Source: Patescibacteria group bacterium (GTDB lineage: Bacteria; Patescibacteriota; UBA1384; XYA2-FULL-43-10). From it: DNA of 32,000 nt. Below, one piece after another: positions 28,498-32,000 of this stretch. Made by a program: the position numbers and the translations under genes. The first letter of the stretch is position 1; each line of letters begins with the position of its first letter. The stretch is taken from positions 1-32,000 of the forward strand of contig JBAYVT010000002.1 in the NCBI GenBank assembly GCA_041674405.1, in the 5' to 3' direction. The notes under the pieces are model-generated. The model saw only the letters and a program-made list of their open reading frames with translations, searched no databases and was not told the origin of the DNA.

Positions 28498-28857
28498 CTA
28501 ATTCCGCAAGAAAAAACCACGGCAATTCTCACTACCGCAATTGCATGGCATCTTTTCTCCGCCCTGTTCTGTTTTATTGTAATCACAAGTAATTTCATCA
28601 CCGGTGGAAATTGGTTTTAAGGCATTTAGACAAACTTCATCTCCAAGAATCAGTTCCGCTTTCGGATCGCAAGAATGGTTCATATAGTTCAAAATTTCCG
28701 GATCGTCTACAAATTTATTTTTACCAATTTTTGCGTATCCAGACTTTGGTTTCGAATGAATATTATCCATCGGCACATCATAAAATTTTTTTCCAGCAGC
28801 AATATTCTCTGTCGCAAAAATTCCAATGCCATGGATTTTACTTTGAGCTTTTTTCAT
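28498..28857 (-). CDS. SET-domain protein (putative protein lysine methyltransferase)
   Basis: HGIGIFA, NHSCDPKA, GDEITCDY and the post-SET-like CNCGSENCRG. I prefer ATG 28857 (MKKAQSK) to the TTG at 28887. It overlaps the upstream gene end by 20 nt. Confidence 0.85.
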   Translation of the reverse strand: MKKAQSKIHGIGIFATENIAAGKKFYDVPMDNIHSKPKSGYAKIGKNKFVDDPEILNYMNHSCDPKAELILGDEVCLNALKPISTGDEITCDYNKTEQGGEKMPCNCGSENCRGFFLRN

Positions 28858-29488
28858 CGATAAGCCGTTCTGTATATCCTGAATCAATTAATTCGCGAAA
28901 AGCTTTCAGGACCTTGTTGGGTACATCCTGATAAATCTGAAAACCCATTTTGGGATATTCGATTATCCTCTGCAAATCACCAACCATAATATTTATGAGA
29001 TAATCTTGCGGATAATTTTCGTCAGCATAATCAATAAAGTCAATTTTGGGCGAAGTTACCACAAATTCCTTTCCAGGCCATTGCTTTGCAAATGTAGCGT
29101 AAGTTCTACGTTCCATATAAGGCTTCTGAACAATGATGAATGAATCAATCTTCAAATTCTTTTTGTCCAATAATTTCCGAGTGAACTGAATATTCTCGCC
29201 AGTGTTGGTAGATTTGTTTTCGATAATAATCTTGTCTTTCGAAACTCCCATGCCAATAGCGATGTCGGCAAAAATTTCTGCTTCAGATTTTTCAAAAGAC
29301 CGCACGCCGTGACTACCTGAGAATATTAGCAAAGGAGCATATTTATCAAGAAACAGATCGGCGGCTCTTTTGGCTACACGTTTGTCATGAGACCCCAAAG
29401 CCAAAATAGCGTCAGCTTTTTTAAGCTTCTGATTCATCAACATGTAATCCCAAATTATTTGGGCATTCTCGATAATTTCTGCAGGCAT
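28838..29488 (-). CDS. YdcF/DUF218-family protein
   Basis: ILALGSHDKRVAKRAADLF...LIFSGSHG...STNTGENIQF...IIVQKPYMERR matches the DUF218 (ElyC/SanA/YdcF) pattern. Its start abuts the ddl stop. Confidence 0.75.
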   Translation of the reverse strand: MPAEIIENAQIIWDYMLMNQKLKKADAILALGSHDKRVAKRAADLFLDKYAPLLIFSGSHGVRSFEKSEAEIFADIAIGMGVSKDKIIIENKSTNTGENIQFTRKLLDKKNLKIDSFIIVQKPYMERRTYATFAKQWPGKEFVVTSPKIDFIDYADENYPQDYLINIMVGDLQRIIEYPKMGFQIYQDVPNKVLKAFRELIDSGYTERLIDEKSSK

Positions 29489-30673
29489 TTATTGTTTTAA
29501 TTTGCCGCCCTTTATTCCCATCTTCGAGGAATTAAGGCCAGACAAGAGAGCTGATTTAAATGTATGGGTGAAATCTTTCTTTGCCGCGTGCTTCTCTTCA
29601 GCAAATTTAATAAGCTTTGATAAAAGATCGTGGAGTGGCACTCCGCTTTTCTCCCAGAGGTGGTGATAAACGGTGCCAGGCAGGGGATTGATCTCATTTG
29701 CAAAAACTTCGTTAGTTTTTTTATCAAGAAGAAAATCGACCCGGGCAATCCCACAACAACCAACAGAAGTATATACTTTTTTCGCCATTTCCTGAATCTT
29801 CTTTGTCATTCCCCTATCAAGGCGCGCAGGGATTACCAGCCCCGATTCCGCTTTCCCGAGCTGTGCGCCACCATCTTTTAGGTACTTTTCCTCGAAATCA
29901 AAAAGTTCTGCCTGAAAAACAGATTCTTGCAGTTCTGAAGCCGTTAAATCATCGTTGCCAATAATGCAGCAAGTCACATCCATAAGGTTGTCGACCCCCT
30001 CTTCAACCAAGACTTTGTCATCGTAATAAAGCGCGACTTCAATTTTATTTTCTAGATCCTTCTCATCCTTCACTTTCGCAATGCCGATTGAGGATCCAAG
30101 ATGTACGGGTTTCACAAAAACCGGCCATTTCATTTTTTGGATTCGATCGACAATGAATTTTTTATTCGAATCCCAATCTTTTTTACGGAAAACTCCATAT
30201 TTAGTTGTCGGAATTCCATTTACTTCACAAAGTTGCTTGGTAAGTGCTTTATCCATTGAAATTGCCGAGGACGCCACATCACAACCGACGTAGGGAACAT
30301 CCAACATCTCAAACAATCCCTGTATTGTCCCATCCTCGCCATATGCTCCATGAAAAGCCGGAAAAGCGAGATCGATTGTGATCGATTTCCCAACAATCCC
30401 CTTTTTCTTAAAGACCATTTTCCCGCGCGAATTCTGAAGGTCGAGAAGGTATTGTTTGAAGGAGGTTTTTTCTTCTATCCTCACCTTGGGATCGGTAAAA
30501 CTGGCAAGTTTGCCCAAAGATTCATCAATCATCCATTCACCATCGCGCGTGATATATACTGGAACTACATCATACCCTAGTCCACAAAGTCCGGAAATTA
30601 TCAACTGGCCGGTAATAATTGAAACATCGTGCTCGGTACTCCGGCTGCCAAAGAATACACCAATTGTTTTCAT
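29489..30673 (-). CDS. ddl: D-alanine--D-alanine ligase
   Basis: SD AAAGGAGAAAC precedes ATG 30673 (MKTIGVFFGSRSTEHDVS). It has an ATP-grasp body (FPAFHGAYGEDGTIQG, KPVHLGSSIGI, NEINPLPG). The track start 30832 overlaps the murF-like gene and is rejected. Confidence 0.92.
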   Translation of the reverse strand: MKTIGVFFGSRSTEHDVSIITGQLIISGLCGLGYDVVPVYITRDGEWMIDESLGKLASFTDPKVRIEEKTSFKQYLLDLQNSRGKMVFKKKGIVGKSITIDLAFPAFHGAYGEDGTIQGLFEMLDVPYVGCDVASSAISMDKALTKQLCEVNGIPTTKYGVFRKKDWDSNKKFIVDRIQKMKWPVFVKPVHLGSSIGIAKVKDEKDLENKIEVALYYDDKVLVEEGVDNLMDVTCCIIGNDDLTASELQESVFQAELFDFEEKYLKDGGAQLGKAESGLVIPARLDRGMTKKIQEMAKKVYTSVGCCGIARVDFLLDKKTNEVFANEINPLPGTVYHHLWEKSGVPLHDLLSKLIKFAEEKHAAKKDFTHTFKSALLSGLNSSKMGIKGGKLKQ

Positions 30674-30683
30674 GTTTCTCCTT

Positions 30684-31994
30684 TTAGATGTGCTGATCTC
30701 CCCAATCATTTTGAAAAAGTATAACATCACCCGGTTGTAGAATCTTGGATAATGAATCATGCGCCGATTTCGCCGTTTCGTGCCAGATAATATTTTTATC
30801 GTCAAAACCAGCATTTTTAAGTCCTTCGGCAATATATGGGGTCGCGCTATTTTTAATAAGAATTACCTTGTCGGCAACCGCTGATAATTTTTTGCCAATT
30901 TCGGTGTGAACATTTTTATTTTGGCTGCCGGACTCAACCAAACCAGGAGTGATGAACAATTTACGCCTATCAGTAAATGTTGCAAGTACTTTGATTGCCT
31001 CTGTTACCCCTTGGGGGTTGCCGTTGTAGCTGTCATCAATCACAAGAACACCACCAGCACCCATGATTGGCTCAAGTCGGTGATTGACCGGTTTGATTTC
31101 GGAGATACCTCGTTTGATTTCAGCATTTTCCATACCAAGAGATTTTGCTACAAGATTGGCAGCTTGAACATCACCCAAAATGTATTCGCCCAGAATAGGA
31201 ATCTCAATTTCTCCCAGCTCTGCAATCTCCGCTTTCCAGTGTAATTTGTCCACATCAAACTTTTTTGCTTTAACATCATTCGTGCTGAAGAATTTGACTT
31301 CTCTTGTACTGCAGTATTTTTCGTAATATTTTTTCACATTTTCATCATCGGCGTTTAAAAACACTCTGGCATTAGGTTTTGCATTTTCCACCGCTTCGAA
31401 AATTGTCGCGGCAATTCTCTCGATGCTGCCAATCCGCTCAAAGTGTGCCTCGTTGATACCGCTAATAACTTGAATATCTGGAGGAAAGATCCCGGCAATT
31501 CGTTTATTATCACCTTGATATTCTTCTCCAAATTCAACAATTAACATCTCTGAAGTTTTCTTATAATTTTTGATTATCCACGAGCTCATGCCAACAGCAG
31601 TATTGATGCTTTCACCCGGTGCCAACACCTTATATTTTTGCTTGAGCACAGATTCTATTACGTTTTTAAGTGTAGTCTTACCGTAACTGCCGGCGATGCC
31701 GATAATTTTCAGCTTGGAATTTTTGACCAAATTCCGTGCTCGATTCATAACTATCTTCTTGGCCACATAATCAAAAGGGCTTAAAATCAGCAGCGAAAGC
31801 GTAAAATATATCGGCGCAATAAAAAACGAAATTATTATCCAGATAACGCCAGCCAATGTCCCGAGTGTTAAAAATAGGTAGGTCGATACCGCAAAAATCG
31901 CGAACGAAAGAAGTGCCAGAAGCATTATTTTCTTTGTCCATACTAATCTTTTTCGAAGCGGTACATTTGCTTTATAAAACCCGCGGCGAAACAA
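30684..31994 (-). CDS. murF: Mur ligase family protein, MurF-like, with a hydrophobic N-terminal region; the frame stays open to the window edge
   Basis: GIAGSYGKTT P-loop, VISGINEAHFERIG, DSYNGNPQG, and a C-terminal Mur ligase domain. It lies immediately upstream of ddl. The first ~90 aa are 2-3 predicted TM helices. The start (TTG 31994, ATG 31925, or beyond the window) is uncertain. Confidence 0.8.
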   Translation of the reverse strand: MFRRGFYKANVPLRKRLVWTKKIMLLALLSFAIFAVSTYLFLTLGTLAGVIWIIISFFIAPIYFTLSLLILSPFDYVAKKIVMNRARNLVKNSKLKIIGIAGSYGKTTLKNVIESVLKQKYKVLAPGESINTAVGMSSWIIKNYKKTSEMLIVEFGEEYQGDNKRIAGIFPPDIQVISGINEAHFERIGSIERIAATIFEAVENAKPNARVFLNADDENVKKYYEKYCSTREVKFFSTNDVKAKKFDVDKLHWKAEIAELGEIEIPILGEYILGDVQAANLVAKSLGMENAEIKRGISEIKPVNHRLEPIMGAGGVLVIDDSYNGNPQGVTEAIKVLATFTDRRKLFITPGLVESGSQNKNVHTEIGKKLSAVADKVILIKNSATPYIAEGLKNAGFDDKNIIWHETAKSAHDSLSKILQPGDVILFQNDWGDQHI

Positions 31995-32000
31995 AAGCCG

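Noticed and set aside
29512-31540. Overlapping ORFs inside ddl and the murF-like gene, plus the long N-terminal extension of ddl to 30832
   Set aside because: The conserved ddl N-terminus (MKTIGVFFGS) starts at 30673 with a strong SD. The extension would overlap the murF-like C-terminus.

Overview
This is a generally AT-rich 32-kb bacterial chromosomal window. It uses the standard genetic code: the conserved genes are intact with TAA, TAG and TGA all acting as stops. The pieces of one rRNA operon lie on the minus strand in canonical order: 16S (17531-18983), tRNA-Ile-GAU (17215-17291), tRNA-Ala-UGC (9850-9925) and 23S (1-2452, cut by the left edge). They are scattered over 19 kb, each has its own promoter-like signal, and they are interleaved with protein genes. 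Those genes include a three-gene type IV pilin-like operon (11685-15158), two tandem secreted repeat proteins (4535-7343), two Nudix hydrolases, GrpB-, HD- and DUF457-type proteins, and several small membrane proteins. The right third carries a malic enzyme, an ABC-2 type transporter (ATPase plus two permeases), an eno-methyltransferase-gpmI operon on the plus strand, and a minus-strand murF-like / ddl / ydcF-like / SET-domain operon. Four signals stand out. (1) Four short high-GC islands each hold one small ORF with strong G/C bias at third codon positions, and a fifth island (19262-19545) has no clear coding periodicity. (2) All three tRNA genes are followed by partial copies of their own 3' ends. 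Two of these copies are fused to a conserved hairpin element that shows compensatory base changes, and one locus looks like a ~680-bp insertion bounded by ~68-bp direct repeats. (3) A two-gene family of secreted proteins is built from a TGxNSEN...ANTGxN...TGD module. (4) A 56-aa Cys-rich ORF lies below the ORF-track cutoff, and a murF-like ligase has a membrane-spanning N-terminus. Gene content and the unlinked rRNA genes are reminiscent of a small-genome, CPR/Patescibacteria-like organism, but that is inference only. No database search, RNA folding or covariance-model run was possible.
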